From Trichosphaerium sp. ATCC 40318 (Eukaryota > Protista > Tubulinea), in NCBI GenBank assembly GCA_038496445.1, contig JALMLS010000380.1, positions 1-32,283 on the forward strand: a stretch of DNA of 32,283 bases, given 5' to 3'. The translations under genes and the position numbers were made by a program. This document shows positions 32,187 to 32,283 of the stretch, piece by piece (the stretch's first letter is position 1; every line of letters starts with the position of its first letter). Below the pieces are notes generated by a model. It was not told the DNA's origin and did not search any database. It saw nothing but the letters and a program-made list of their open reading frames with translations.

Positions 32187-32283
32187 AAAAAAAAAGAGAA
32201 TGTTACTTGTATTATAAATGAATATCTAAAAAGGATAGTTATTTGTTTATAATTTTTTATAGTTTCAAGGGAAGAAGCGAAAT
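32187..32283 (+). repeat. Conserved ~120-nt dispersed element, copy 3 (truncated by window end)
   Basis: Same as copy 1 except gttacttgta in place of gttatttgta. Confidence 0.95.

Overview
This is an extremely AT-rich protist-type mitochondrial genome segment. It uses TGA=Trp, and every recognisable gene is on the + strand. Reconstructed order: rps2 - rpl16 - rpl5 - rps14 - rps8 - ORF - [repeat] - nad5 - cox2 - tatC - two very large unknown genes - nad2 - nad4 - acidic ORF - [repeat] - rpl6 - rps11? - rps13 - [repeat]. None of the conserved genes appears intact in the ORF track because each is a cryptogene missing single nucleotides about every 30 nt. At every site I could constrain with an invariant residue, frame and residue are restored by duplicating a neighbouring base (G, C, A and probably U), not by inserting one fixed nucleotide. 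Frame-intact ORFs of 1-1.5 kb (one spanning 15-A runs) and indel-free palindromes in the same window argue against homopolymer sequencing error. This points to a pervasive 'stutter/duplication' insertional RNA editing system. The window also holds more than 20 long, unrelated, mostly perfect palindromes, a triplicated structured ~120-nt element, and ribosomal protein and cox2 genes with large insertions. All gene reconstructions are manual and boundaries are approximate. No tRNA or rRNA was recognised.
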